Source: Botryllus schlosseri (Eukaryota). Taken from it: 64,000 nucleotides of DNA. Positions within the stretch are counted from its first letter, which is position 1, and each line of letters opens with the position of its first letter. A model generated the notes under the pieces. The model was not told the DNA's origin, made no database searches, and saw only the letters and a list, made by a program, of their open reading frames with translations. The position numbers and the translations under genes are program-made. Location: NCBI GenBank assembly GCA_051294905.1, contig CM119372.1, forward strand, positions 29,514,001 to 29,578,000. The letters run 5' to 3'. Positions 37,386 through 50,634 of this stretch are shown one piece after another.

Positions 37386-37671
37386 TCGGAATTTTGTTCA
37401 CTTAGTAATTCGTGTCGACTGCTATTGGTATATCTGTATGTTTGAGATCGACTCAGCAATGATTATACTTGCAGCGTTTGGAATCAAATGTTACGTTGGA
37501 AGGTCATCAAACTACGAGTTGAAAGACTGCCAAAGTAGTTTGTTTACCAAATGTGCGAAGATAACAGGAAGCGGTAAGAAGTCGCGACTAAACATGAAGT
37601 CACTGTTTTACAATAGTTTTACGTAAAAACTGTTTTAAATACATCGAGTGAATGCATTGCAGTGTTATGTT

Positions 37672-40600
37672 TAGGGCGATTTTTTATGACATGTAGGAAA
37701 AGTCAAAATTTTCTCAAAATTGTAGAGTTAGGTCAAAAAATGTCAAAATTGTTTACAAAGTCAAATTTTTTTTGCAACCTGCATTTCGTTTGTATCGTAG
37801 ATGTTTGCACTGTGTGTGAACTTATCATTGATATTTTACAGCTTGTAGACCTATTTATCGGCCTATACCATTGTAGAAGGCCCATTGTCTGCTCATTGTG
37901 AATCATAAATGGCCCAATGAAACAAATAAGTTGGCATGGTGTTATGCTCAACGAACCACAACTGAGACAAGTCTGCTTGGGCAATGGCAAAGTCACTCAA
38001 CTATGACAAGTCGTCCGAACGTATTTTCATGGAGCGAGAAATGTTGCACAACTTGATGTTATGTAGTAGGGCGCCTTACGGCGAACGCCGTTGTAGGTTG
38101 GATTATTTGGAGTTCGCGGCGCAAATATGACTGGATGTGCTGTGGAAGGTCAAGAAAATGAAGCATCAAGGAAGGATAGCTCAAGAAAGAAGCAAAATAG
38201 TGTCTGATAGAGACTGTCCTGTTCTATTTCGCTTCCCAATAAATCCAATCCTCAACGTCGTCACTTCAGAAGGAGTGGGATCAAAGGTACAGTACCGTAG
38301 TATTAGTAGTAAGTCTACTGTAGTACATGTAGCGTTCGAAAAATGTCAAATATAGAGTTCTAGTGATATGATACGTTCATGGTTCATCCTTCATGTCTTT
38401 ATATTATCCTAATCATGGGTCATATTTTATGCAGCATATGATTTCACTGGGAGAAGTCCACCAATGGAGAGAAGACTATGGAATATCACTCTTGAAATAA
38501 TTATTCGCTTGCTAACAAACCGGTCAAGGTGGTTGCTGTTGTTTCAGATGAGTCTTCGTGCGGATGTGGAAAGCGGCTGGCTGGTAAGATTTAATTGTAT
38601 ACTGCTGAAGAGTACCATTGCTTAACATTGTATAATTCTGTTTGCAGATTGGAATGAAATACTATCTGCAGATAATCTAAGATCAGCCTTGAGTTACCCG
38701 TCAAGCATATTCAGCCATCCATCACAAATCACGATACCATATGATGTTGCGAGGACAGCTGCACACTGCACAGGTAAGACATTGTTTGATGCTGCACAAC
38801 CTTGTACTCATTGTAAACCGTATTAGTCTTTTCTCCTCGGTCATGGTACAGTGTCGGGGGTTGTCACAAAGCCTGAATTTCTTGAAGTGGCTATATCATT
38901 TTCATCGTATTGTTCTGCTTTGTCATTATCAGTGACCTTGAGCATTTTTCAAATGATTACATCTGTCAATAAATGAAATTTCCAATCATAGCCTACATGG
39001 AAACCAGTTGAAGCCGGCATTAGACTATATCAAGCATACTTTGTATTGTAGCCATAAGCAGTTGCTGTTGCCTGCAAAACGCATCCTTGATTTTCTCTTG
39101 TTTGGGCAGTCCTCAAAGGGTGCACTCGCAAATATATTTAGTTTGGTACGAGATTGATTTTAGTGTATTTATTCATTTAGTATGTTATATTTTTATTCAG
39201 GTCTGCATGCGGGGAATTATGCAACATCAACGGAATTCATCGCTTCTTTTGAAACTGATGACGGTATCTCAATTCCATATTCCATGCGAACCCCAAATTG
39301 ATGACTCGGAATATGAATGCATGGAATCGCTCTCAGAAGTGGCTTATACTATCTGGCCCTGGCGGGTTGGACAATTCACCAATCGTTCATTTTTTCGTGG
39401 TGCACTGGTCGATATTCGTGCAGCCAGCCCACTATGAACCGGTCCTATACCAATACCGAGAAAACCATTACCGAGAATGGTAATTACCAAGAATGCCATT
39501 GCCGAGAATGGACGTTACCGAGAATGGCCATTACCGGCACCGGCAGTCGTCAAGCATGTCCATGCCTACATGCAAGCTGTTTCTACTGAATGAATACTAT
39601 TCAGTATTCAGCCTGCTGGACTGCGATATGATATGTCGACATTTTTATTGCTGGTCCTTTTTGTTATCTTTTCCTGGACTGTATATGCCTCTTATTTACA
39701 TGCTCTTGGTCAAGGTGGGGGACTGATTGAAATGACCGATCCAAATCATTTAGGCGCTGTTCAATCGTTTTCCTTATATTGCAATCTTGTGGTGTTTTGA
39801 TCTGATGGAAATTTCAACAAAATGGATTGGACTACCTATATTTCGTGTCATCCAATTACATGGATATATCACAGAAAGCACCCGTAAATTTGTTGTCAGA
39901 TTTAAAATTGTTAAAGAGAAATCAAGAATCGTACGAGAGAGAAAACAGTATGCTTGGAAATGTGCTGCAAGGTCAGGTATAAGACGAAAAATAAAAAATA
40001 AATTATTTTCACATCTGAGGACTTTGAAGATAAGGTTTCTACAAGTTAAGTTCTCGTCTATTGCAGAAAAGGTGCTGCAGACATGTGTTTAGACGCGGAG
40101 GCTAGTCGGAAATCCCGGTGCGAAGGGTGGTAGTTGTCTGCTTGCAGAGTTGCAGGTTGGTTGTCCAGTCAGTGAGTACTCCAGTTCCATTGGGCAATGA
40201 TACCAGGTCATCGAATTCGTGCGGCTATGGTGGACTGTAAAACTGGACGGTCATGACCAGCAATGATCCTGCATCCCGACTAGTAATAATTTCGATCTAC
40301 GCCAAGATTGATATTGCAGCATATATAAGGTATATTTCGTTTGAAGGTCACCCATTTATAAATATTTCGTTTTAATGTCGTTGAAATACATACTGTAATC
40401 CTTGAAATCACACACAGCCAAATAATTCTCGAGAAATAACCGTTAAAAGTCGAAATATACGGTCGGCAAGCAAGTATTTCCATTACTGCAGGTTAGCGCC
40501 GACGGACTTTTGTGCAACATTTTGCGCTCCAGTACTCTCGTAACATTGCGCTTATTAGTCGGACGACTTGTCATAGTTGAGTGACTTTGGGCAATGGGCA

Positions 40601-41074
40601 TTGGTTTTTATATAAACAAGAGCATGATGGAAAATTGTGATGTAGACAAAATTGTCAGAATGAAACAACACGGTGTGTCACTAGCCGTGTACTGTGCACA
40701 CAGTGTTGCCAGCCATCACCTTCAGTGTTGCCAGCCATCACCTAATACTGTTCAACGTGCATTCTCCATTCTTGGCAAGCTACTTAGTAAGGACAGACAC
40801 TTTGTGCCCGAGAATGTAGGAAAGTATCTCATTGTGCTCCAACAAATTTTTATTAGCTTTTCCGTAATATGTGATGTAACTACTGGAATTCTTCATAGGT
40901 CCAGATTTAGTTCAAATAAAGTTTTTTCATGTGAAAATAAGTCAGTTTTTAGTCAAAAAAGTTATCTCAGGCCTAATAACTTTGTACTGACAGACCATTT
41001 TAACCAGAAATGAAGATAAGTTGCAAAATTCTAGGATTTTGTAGGAAGGATTTTAGGTCAAAAAAATCGCTCTA
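37672..41074 (+). mobile_element. TAGGGCGATTTTT-family hAT derivative with a C-terminal dimerisation remnant, split by a P-like element
   Basis: TAGGGCGATTTTT / AAAAAATCGCTCTA termini; flanks GTTATGTT/GGTATTTT match at 6/8. 40710-40830 encodes LQCCQPSPNTVQRAFSILGKLLSKDRHFVPENVGKYL. Confidence 0.7.
37988..40589 (+). mobile_element. P-element-like non-autonomous transposon with decayed THAP-like exon
   Basis: 31-bp perfect TIR CAAAGTCACTCAACTATGACAAGTCGTCCGA; TSD GGCAATGG. MTGCAVEG at 38127 and VLFRFPINP at ~38220 lie in different frames; AG..GT exon-like blocks follow downstream. Confidence 0.7.
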
Positions 41075-41329
41075 GGTATTTTAATAAAAATCTGTAATTC
41101 TCAGGCATAGTCACAAAGTCGTGCTCAGGAGATTCCATTTTTGGCGACGGTTGTCAGCAACTGAATGCATTCGGTGTACAGACTGAATCGTGCCTCTGTT
41201 CTACAGGTAGGCTATTGGAAAATTTCGCGATCTATCTTATCGTAATTCAAGTCATAGTGTCAGTGACGCTATGTGGCGACACTATCTGTCTATATTTCTG
41301 TCTGTTTTTTTTAATTTGCAATCAAAATT

Positions 41330-41673
41330 CATATAGAAGTACCGTGTTGAGTGCGTGTATGAATAACTGTGTGACAGTATAAACTTACTAGACATAATCT
41401 TAACTGCGACGGTTGCGATAAATGGTGTGGACTGAAAGTGACAAAGTTTGTATAGCACTGCACCATCGTCATGGTTATACCCAGGAACCGAAATGTCATC
41501 GATTCAGCACCTCCATTTTCAACTCCATGCAATCCCGGACTCCCGTCGCTTATCGGGGAAGCCGTGGATACCAGTTTGATAAGCTTGTCTTTGGTCTGAC
41601 GAAGACGGTTTTCGAGCCCATGATCTGCAGATCGTCACGTCAGACGCTCTACCAATGCGTTATCCCTTCGGCC
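41330..41673 (-). mobile_element. Second tRNA-derived SINE family (possibly Meta-domain SINE)
   Basis: Minus strand: TAACGCATTGGTAGAGCG (A box) and GGCTCGAAAAC (B-box-like), then GTCAGACCAAAGAC...AAACTGGTATCCACGGCTTCCC. The 3' end is approximate. Confidence 0.55.
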
Positions 41674-42003
41674 AGGCGCGAATGCCCCTGGAGGCGTTCT
41701 ACTTGGGCATTATGGGTGGAGATCATAAACTTTCCTCAACTTAAGTGCCTGTAGCAACTCAACTGAGTTGTACCTGTTACTCGAACTCAACTTCGAGATC
41801 ATAAAGTATCCTCACACTTAACTTAACTGAGTGGAGCTTAACGCGCCACCCGATATGTGAAAATCCCGAAAGTGGTTGCCAGGTTTATTTTTATCAAAAT
41901 GACGTCATGGCCCAAAGCCGTCGCTAGGTAACGAGCGTCGGTTCCGATTGTTGTCGTCCGCAAAACCTATATATCGGCCATTCTGCGAATAATAATCAAA
42001 GAA

Positions 42004-43031
42004 ATGGCTGCTTTAATTGAAGAAATTGAGATTCTGCAATCTGACTCGATTCCACGCAGGCGCCTCAGGGATACTAAGAATCCGTTTGAGAAATATGATG
42101 GCGAAGAATTCATAAAACGATATCGATTTTATAAAAATGCCGTTATTGAGATATTCGATATTATATAAGGGGGCGAGGTTTTTCAAGCTAGGAGTCATGG
42201 CCTGCACCCTCCGCTTCAATTGACCATAGCATTGCGTTTTTTTGCTATGGGACACTTCCAAGTAACCGATGGAGACCTTGCTGGCGTGTCTCGCCACACT
42301 GCACGAAGAAGTGTACACCGTGTGGCGTGCACCATATCAAAGCACAAAATTAGTTTTATGCATTCGATGCAAGATACTGCAACACTGAAATGTGAATTTT
42401 ATAAGGTCAAGAAATTCCCAGGAGTTGTTGGAGCTATTGATTGCACGCACATCCCAATAGTCTCCCCCGATGGAGATAACGCGGAGACGTTCCGCAATAG
42501 AAAGGGGTTCATGTCCCTGAATGTCCAAGTGGTGTGTAATGCGGACAGAAAAATTATGAATATTGTCGTGCGTTGGCCGGGCTCGTGCCACGACTCCCGA
42601 ATCTTTAGAAACTCAAGACTGGCCGACGATTTCAACGACGGAAATATTGACGGAATTCTGTTAGGTGACAATGGCTACCCGTTATTAAAACACCTTCTAA
42701 CTCCAAGTATCAATCCGACCACTGAACAGGAGAAAAAATACAATCGCGCACACATTACGACTCGAGCAAGAATCGAGCAATGTTTCGGAGTTATGAAACA
42801 AAGATTCCGTGCTCTCCGGATCCCGCTCAGAACTAAATTGCAGAGCAGCGTGGCGATAATATTATCAATTGCGTGCTGCATAACGTGGCAGTTGCGTTAA
42901 AACAACCGATGCCCGAAGAAGATGACCTGGAGCCAAATATTTACGATGTAAACATCGTAACTGCACCGTCACAAAACGACACTTTGTCCGGAAGGGCTGT
43001 CAGAAATACCTTTTTAGAAAATTACTTTTGA
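42004..43031 (+). pseudogene. Harbinger (HARBI1-like) DDE transposase pseudogene
   Basis: ATG at 42004 is in frame with ORF 42220-42900 but has an in-frame TAA at ~42166. Motifs FPGVVGAIDCTHI, RNRKGFMSLNVQ, WPGSCHDSRIF, LLGDNGYP, IEQCFGVMKQRF. A frameshift before LHN precedes the C-terminus ...FLENYF*. Confidence 0.9.
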
Positions 43032-43325
43032 GTAGGGCCCTTGCATGCACACCTTAATTGATGATATAATTTTCGCTTTTACTACAATATTTATTTAACT
43101 ACTATTACTATATCGTATATTTATTTATAGTTCTTTTGTGTATTTGAATTTATATACGGGGAATAAATGTGCCCTACAGCAAGCAGTTAATATAGTAACG
43201 AAGTAACAATAAAATGAAAGAAACAACAACAGATGCAGCATCTCGAACGGGAAATAAGTAATGTGTAGTAAAGCAGTAACAATAAAATAATAAATGAAAC
43301 AACAACAGAAATAGGAACGTGGATA

Positions 43326-43450
43326 TTACTCCGAACCAGCAGTTTTCAATTTCATTTCGTAATATTTTATTTTCAACTGAAGAACTTGTTTAGTCAATAC
43401 GCTCTTTTCTTCCTTTAACTGTAACTCCCGGTTTTGCTGGTGACTAGCAC
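43326..43450 (-). pseudogene. C-terminal fragment of the probable Harbinger Myb/SANT-type partner gene
   Basis: Convergent to the transposase; coiled-coil-like tail QQNRELQLKEEKSVLTKQVLQLKIKYYEMKLK*. The N-terminal domain is not present. Confidence 0.55.
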
Positions 43451-44319
43451 TCAGGGTTTTGCAGGTGACTAGCAGGTTTGCGGGTGACAAAGCGAGTTTT
43501 GCGGGTGGCACACATAACAATACCCACAAAAGCAAGGCATATTCAGGTAATATGTGTATCTTTTCTTCTACAATATCATCACTTCATGGCCCCAAGAAAT
43601 CATGGAATGGATAATTATTGATGAAAGGAAACCCAAATATCCGTACGCAAAACCAGCAAATCATCAGTAATTGAGATTGTTTGCTTGAGTGTGTTTATGG
43701 TCTTGGTACATCAAATCAGAAGTTTTGGGCACTCATAGTTTTCCAATTGGTGACAAAACAATGAATAAAGGTATAATTAGATGACCGAACCACTTTTGCC
43801 ATGAGGGAATGATATTGTAAAAGATACATTACCTGAATATGCCTTGCTTTTGTTGGTATTGTTATGTGTGTCACCCGCAAAACTCGCTTTGTCACCCGCA
43901 AAACCCTGCTAGTCACCTGCAAAACCCGCTTTATCACCCGCAAAACTCTGATATTCACCCGCAAAACCCGCTTTATCACCCGCAAAACCCTGCTAGTTAA
44001 CCGCAAAATCCATTTTTCTACCCGCACTGTATGGAATCGGTGTGTCCTATGCTGAGTGTGCTTACACTATGCTATATTTTATTATTATTTTTTATTACAT
44101 TACTTCAACTTGGATAATCATCGCTGCCCACCTGATATATCAGGCAAAACGTACCGAGGCTCCAGTAGGGCCACCCGCAAAACCCTGCTATTCAACCGCA
44201 AAACCCTCCTAGTCAACTGCAAAACCCTGCTATTCTCCCCGATTTGTCACCCGCAAAACCCTCCTAGTAGTAACCCGCAAAACCCTGCTAGTTTTACAGG
44301 TTTTGCGGGTTTTACAGTG
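43451..44319. mobile_element. Palindromic CACTG-ended (CMC-like) element with CACCCGCAAAAC minisatellite arms; left arm truncated
   Basis: Right end TTTTACAGTG at 44319. 43455-43590 is the inverse of 43798-43930. Repeat units are ~21 bp. Confidence 0.65.
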
Positions 44320-46725
44320 TCCCTCAGAAAACCGTTTTTCGTCTGTATAAAATAAAACTAACGAAGCAGGCAGAAACGCGTCATCTTGGGGTGTTGGATA
44401 GGACAGTTAGGCTACATCTCTATTGTGTATACGTGGAAGATTCCATCCCTCTTTCGCGGCTACACTATGTATCCGTATTGAATATTATCCAGACCAGGGA
44501 TGGTGTGAACGGGAGGTTCACGTTCGCGTTCTGTGTGTGAACCTCTGAAATTTGAAGGTTCACATTCACAAACGAACCTTGATAGGTTCTGCACTGTGAA
44601 CCATTTTCATAAATTTTCATCTTTATTTGAAATTCTTTTCATTTCAACCTCGGGCCACTATTTGCATGGCGCTGTTAGCTTAGACAAAATTAACACTAAT
44701 GAAGTACGCACCTTACCAATCTCAAAAATTTTACCTGCTTAGTTACAAAAGTTTGCTTGAGATATCCAGCTTTTTGTTTGTGAATATTTAGTGACTGTTT
44801 GCTGTGAGCTTGCATCGTAACCACACGACATCAAGAGCGAAATACGGCACGTGTCGGTAGTCAGTGAATGATGCTTATTCAACCAATGAATGAAATTTAT
44901 ATAAAGAATATATTGTTGTCTAATGTAAAAAGATCTAGCTGGTGCACGGGATACATCTTGATTTAATATGTTTATTTTATCATAAAAACCAAATCCCAGC
45001 GATTGGGGTGTTGGCTACTGTATAAATTGTTAATGGGGTAATAGAGTATAGAATAGAAAGTATAGTAATCCGTTTTACACCCTGCTTAATATCAATGTCG
45101 CAATAGTCAGACACTGAATACATTATTGTCTGGTCTGTCTAAAACCTAGGGCGTAAACTTATATTCCCTTGCCAGTCAGCATGTACTTCGGTATTGCGGC
45201 ATAATGTTACATGAGTCGTCGCTAGCGTGTACTGTACGTAGGCTATATATCACTTCACCTTCACTGATATGTAGGGTTGGAATTTTGCTTTTGTTGGTAT
45301 TGTTATGTGTGTCACCCGCAAAACTCGCTTTGTCACCCGCAAAACCCTGCTAGTCACCTGCAAAACCCGCTTTATCACCCGCAAAACTCTGATATTCACC
45401 CGCAAAACCCGCTTTATCACCCGCAAAACCCTGCTAGTTAACCGCAAAATCCATTTTTCTACCCGCACTGTATGGAATCGGTGTGTCCTATGCTGAGTGT
45501 GCTTACACTATGCTATATTTTATTATTATTTTTTATTACATTACTTCAACTTGGATAATCATCGCTGCCCACCTGATATATCAGGCAAAACGTACCGAGG
45601 CTCCAGTAGGGCCACCCGCAAAACCCTGCTATTCAACCGCAAAACCCTCCTAGTCAACTGCAAAACCCTGCTATTCTCCCCGATTTGTCACCCGCAAAAC
45701 CCCCCTAGTAGTAACCCGCAAAACCCTGCTAGTTTTACAGGTTTTGCGGGTTTTACAGTGTCCCTCAGAAAACCGTTTTTCGTCTGTATAAAATAAAACT
45801 AACGAAGCAGGCAGAAACGCGTCATCTTGGGGTGTTGGATAGGACAGTTAGGCTACATCTCTATTGTGTATACGTGGAAGATTCCATCCCTCTTTCGCGG
45901 CTACACTATGTATCCGTATTGAATATTATCCAGACCAGGGATGGTGTGAACGGGAGGTTCACGTTCGCGTTCTGTGTGTGAACCTCTGAAATTTGAAGGT
46001 TCACATTCACAAACGAACCTTGATAGGTTCTGCACTGTGAACTATTTTCATAAATTTTCATCTTTATTTGAAATTCTTTTCATTTCAACCTCGGGCCACT
46101 ATTTGCATGGCGCTGTTAGCTTAGACAAAATTAACACTAATGAAGTACGCACCTTACCAATCTCAAAAATTTTACCTGCTTAGTTACAAAAGTTTGCTTG
46201 AGATATCCAGCTTTTTGTTTGTGAATATTTAGTGACTGTTTGCTGTGAGCTTGCATCGTAACCACACGACATCAAGAGCGAAATACGGCACGTGTCGGTA
46301 GTCAGTGAATGATGCTTATTCAACCAATGAATGAAATTTATATAAAGAATATATTGTTGTCTAATGTAAAAAGATCTAGCTGGTGCACGGGATACATCTT
46401 GATTTAATATGTTTATTTTATCATAAAAACCAAATCCCAGCGATTGGGGTGTTGGCTACTGTATAAATTGTTAATGGGGTAATAGAGTATAGAATAGAAA
46501 GTATAGTAATCCGTTTTACACCCTGCTTAATATCAATGTCGCAATAGTCAGACACTGAATACATTATTGTCTGGTCTGTCTAAAACCTAGGGCGTAAACT
46601 TATATTCCCTTGCCAGTCAGCATGTACTTCGGTATTGCGGCATAATGTTACTTGAGTCGTCGCTAGCGTGTACTGTACGTAGGCTATATATCACTTCACC
46701 TTCACTGATATGTAGGGTTGGAATT
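43844..46725 (+). repeat. 1441-bp tandem duplication (43844-45284 / 45285-46725)
   Basis: Identical short ORFs are offset by exactly 1441 bp; I saw only about three substitutions by eye. Confidence 0.95.
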
Positions 46726-46837
46726 AGCAATGTATCGTGACGTGAAGTCATAATTACACGTTCTCGTCACACAAAACCTTTCAAAAAGGTTCTCGTTCAC
46801 ACGAACCTGAGTCTTTCAGTGGTTCACACAATCCCTA
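45936..46837. mobile_element. hAT MITE (its left part is duplicated at 44495-45284)
   Basis: CAGGGATGGTGTGAAC / GTTCACACAATCCCTA termini; TSD ATCCAGAC/ATCCAGAA. Confidence 0.8.
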
Positions 46838-47716
46838 ATCCAGAATAGCTAACGCCGAAAGGATGGACACTGGATACGAATGATAGCGAAATGTTTTGAG
46901 GTCAAAATGCAAAAAAAACATGGTTACGATTGCTAAATAGATAAGCATCAAGTTCACTGCTGATCCAACTTGAGCCTTGATTTATTATTGCCGTGACTAA
47001 TTAACATGAACGGTGATGACTTGAGTCACGCTCGTAACAAAGTTAGTGACAGTGGCATGATTTCCGTTTTCCGATAGTTAAAATGATAGCTATGTAATAT
47101 GTAAATGTGTGTAACACGCACGCTATGCAATTAATCAATTTCGGGAATACATGACTTTACTGTACCCGCATACTCCAGTTGCTTTCACGACATTGTTTCA
47201 GATGCATGCAACGGAGCAGCTACTTCCTACGTCAGCAGAATGCTTGCTGTCATTTTAACTGCCATCACTGCCCGCGCCGTGATGTAAAGCGTGTTCCTGT
47301 TACAATAAAACTCAAATATAATATTGGCGGAATTCTGTGTTTGTTACATTTTGTTTTCGTATTTTCGTTTATTCTCGTACACTATATCTGAAAAAAAAAT
47401 ATACCTGTCGAACTATATGGATCCTACTTCTTCAATCATATATTCACTTATTCAGCAGGACCGCAACACTCACGCAGCTACCGCATTGTAATCGAGTTTG
47501 GTCTAAAGACAAACTATTGTAGGTTTATGCTTATAGTCTACCAGAGTATTTTTTAATAGTTACCAGGTGCGGGAAGCCCAAACTTCGTGTCTTACTTATC
47601 ACATGAAGTGTTGCTGCAGTTTTAAGATTTAATTCTGTTTTAATGCACTGAGCGGCATGAACTGAGACATTGGTAGCGTATTGGCGTCAAATCAGAGATA
47701 CGTGTATACTTGATAG

Positions 47717-48679
47717 CAGTGATGGGATGACTCGAGTCAGACTCTAGTCACCTTTTTCGCGTGACTTGACTTGACTGGAGTCACTTTGCTAAAATGACTT
47801 GACTTGACTTGGAGTATCAGAAATGTGAATTGACTCTTGACTCGGAGCAAAATTAACGAGTCAATTTCAAATCATCAAGTGAACGGTGTCGATAAAAATC
47901 ACTTTATCTTGCATATATTCGGATTGTTCGCGAAACGCTGATGTAACCCATGAGAGCGACCAATCATTCAATGATCGTGCGTTTTACTGAGTCTCCATTG
48001 TTCTCTCACAAATAAATTCACCGCGAACGAAGTGATGGAAGCTTACAGCTTACGCTGTCGTAAACTAGTATAGTAAATTAAAGTAATTTTATAGCAAAAT
48101 GTCTATTTCTGTTCCATGTTGTTACATTAACAAAACCTCTTGTTTTATTGAAATTGAATTCGAATATAATTTATATATATTCGATCCTCAACCATTGGCG
48201 CAGGCTCGAATTGAACCATATTGATATGTAAATGGGTAATGCGTTGCATCTTATCAATTCGTTTCTCTATTCTCTATTTTATTTGGTAACTATAAACTGA
48301 GGCTATGCAATTACTTACGTAGTTAGCAGTTCTACGTATATGCGAGCGATACAGCGCCTTCTTGCGTGTATATTTGTCTCTATATTCGTTCATCGCTTCA
48401 AAATCAATGACCACTCAATCTGTATTTCAGACAGCTAGCAAAATGCAATGACGTAATCATTCCTCATACTTCGAAAAGGCCACTTGACTTGAATTGTGAC
48501 TTGACTCGTGACTTGACTTGACGTGACTCGACTTGACTCGAGTCACCCCCAAAAATCCAGTGACTTGACTTGACTCGAGTTACCTTCGAAAATCGATTAA
48601 CTTGACTTGACTCGAGTCAAAATGTGCAATGACTCGAAATGACTCGTGACTCGAAGGTAGTGACTTGATCCCCACACTG
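47717..48679 (+). mobile_element. hAT MITE with GACTTGACTCGAGTC subterminal arrays
   Basis: CAGTGATGGGAT...CCCACACTG termini; TSD CTTGATAG. Confidence 0.9.
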
Positions 48680-50634
48680 CTTGATAGTCAATAGTCATGC
48701 AGTTCTTGTGAGTCGTGGCGACATAGTCCATTCTATTAGAGCAGGGGTTTCAAACACGCCGCCCGCGACGACATTTATGATTTTCAAGTATTCTACAATA
48801 TATTCAACTGCCACGTATCTTTTTGGGATTTGAGAACTTGAATTTCACTCTAAAACAGGGGTCACCAACGTTTTTGCAGCCAAGAGCTACTTCTTGGGTA
48901 CTGATTGAAGCGGCGGGCTACCATTCACTCCCCCGTTTACCCGTACCAGACTGAATTTCCACATTGATATTCATAGCACTGGGCGGGAATCACATTGTGG
49001 GAAAACTTCTAATACAGTCTTGTAAAATCAAAACATCCTCATTCAACTCGCTATCCACAAACCTTTTTAAGGAACCATGAATTACTTCACACCATGTTTC
49101 TATAAATTATGCAACAACAGTCAACTCAATTTTTTAAATAAATCATGTCCAACTTTGGACTAGAAATCATGTCATCTGTTTCTATATTATTACTGGGGAA
49201 GCCTGGCATTGCATGCTATCCACTAGTGCGCTGTACTCCGATATGTAACTTAATACTTGACACTGCAACTGTGAGAGATTCTTTCAGATGTGCAGCAGTG
49301 AGGCGTGTTCTGTGTTAGTTTTGATGACGAGCATGTCAGAAAACGTTGATTCACGAAGATAAGTTGAACCAAACATGCATGTAACCTTCATAACTGCTGC
49401 CCATACACCGCTGCACTTTTTCGTGTCAACAAGGAACCAAAAGTTTGGTGCAGCCTGGTGGGCTATGAGGTGGAGGTAATTTTGTGGCGTTACAATTTCA
49501 ATCTCCAGCTCTTCAGCATACAGGGTCAATAGATTTCGATACACCCGACAGCAGAAACATGGCACTAAACTGCGTTGAGGGTAAGAAAATCAAGCCGTGT
49601 CAAAAGATACAATATGTAATGGGCAGGCTAGTAATTCACGGCTATCTGTTGCCGCATATTAATGTTGTTCACTCCTTTGGCATTGTACTGTACGTCGAGC
49701 TATCGTAACGAAACCCCCCCGCCATTTCAAGAAGACCGTGGATGGCATTCCGTAATTTCGCCTGTATAGGCAGCGTGCCATATCCTCAGTGTTGTGATTC
49801 GATTACATGTTGGTATATTACCAGTGGTGGCTTTTGGGGTAGGGGAGGTAGGCGGTCGCCTAGGGCTCCCCCAGGTTGATTTATGCGCTTTCGAGCCCCC
49901 CCTCCACGGTTTACGCACATTTTTCAACTATTTTTCCGGTTTACGCGCTTTTTTTCAAGTATCACCATTTTCTGAATAACCGCGGAATCCTTTGTATCCA
50001 TAAAGAATCTTGGTATTGTACCGTAAAGAGGTGTCAATCATCAATTCTCATTTTACGAATAACCACAAAAATCCATGCATCAATGTAGAATAGGGCTCTT
50101 CAAAAATGACTTTTTTTCTCAAAACGTACTGGCTACTTGATAAAATTGTTAGGTTACCTAATTTAAGCCTATACACAAAATTTGGTTCAATTCCAGCCAG
50201 TAACCGCTTTGCTACAGGAGAAGAAAGTTTCTATTTATTATATAAAAATAAATATTAAAAAATTTGAAAATTTTCCGTTCACCCCATGAAAGTGTTAGGC
50301 TGTCTATAGAAACGATGCTCACCAAATTTGGTTCAATTCCAACCAGTGGAATCGGAGTTATTGCCGTCGAAAAATTTGGATTTGAATAAAATAGTATTTA
50401 CGGTGACCGATTCTTTGTTTATTTATTATAGTTGTGCTCACCGTAAATACTATTTTATTCAAATCCAAATTTTTCGACGGCAATAACTCCGCTTCCACTG
50501 GTTGGAATTGAACCAAATTTGGTGAGCATACCAAACAGCCATCCCGAGCTCTGGTAGCCTAAAAAGGTCAATAATAAAGCAACTGCCGCACCGGTACAGA
50601 TACAGTAAATCGCCATTCGGGCGAGAACAAGAAT

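Larger units (their letters stand above)
41714..43450 (+). mobile_element. Truncated PIF/Harbinger transposon
   Basis: Terminal-like GGGTGGAGATCATAAAC with CTCAACTTAAG repeats, followed by the transposase and a convergent second gene. The right end is missing. Confidence 0.75.

Noticed and set aside
43870..44310. Short repeated CACCCGCAAAAC units that look superficially like a CRISPR array, and the TRKT-rich ORFs over them
   Set aside because: The ~21-bp units have no unique 25-40-bp spacers and there are no cas genes. This is a minisatellite arm of a DNA element, and the ORFs are by-products.
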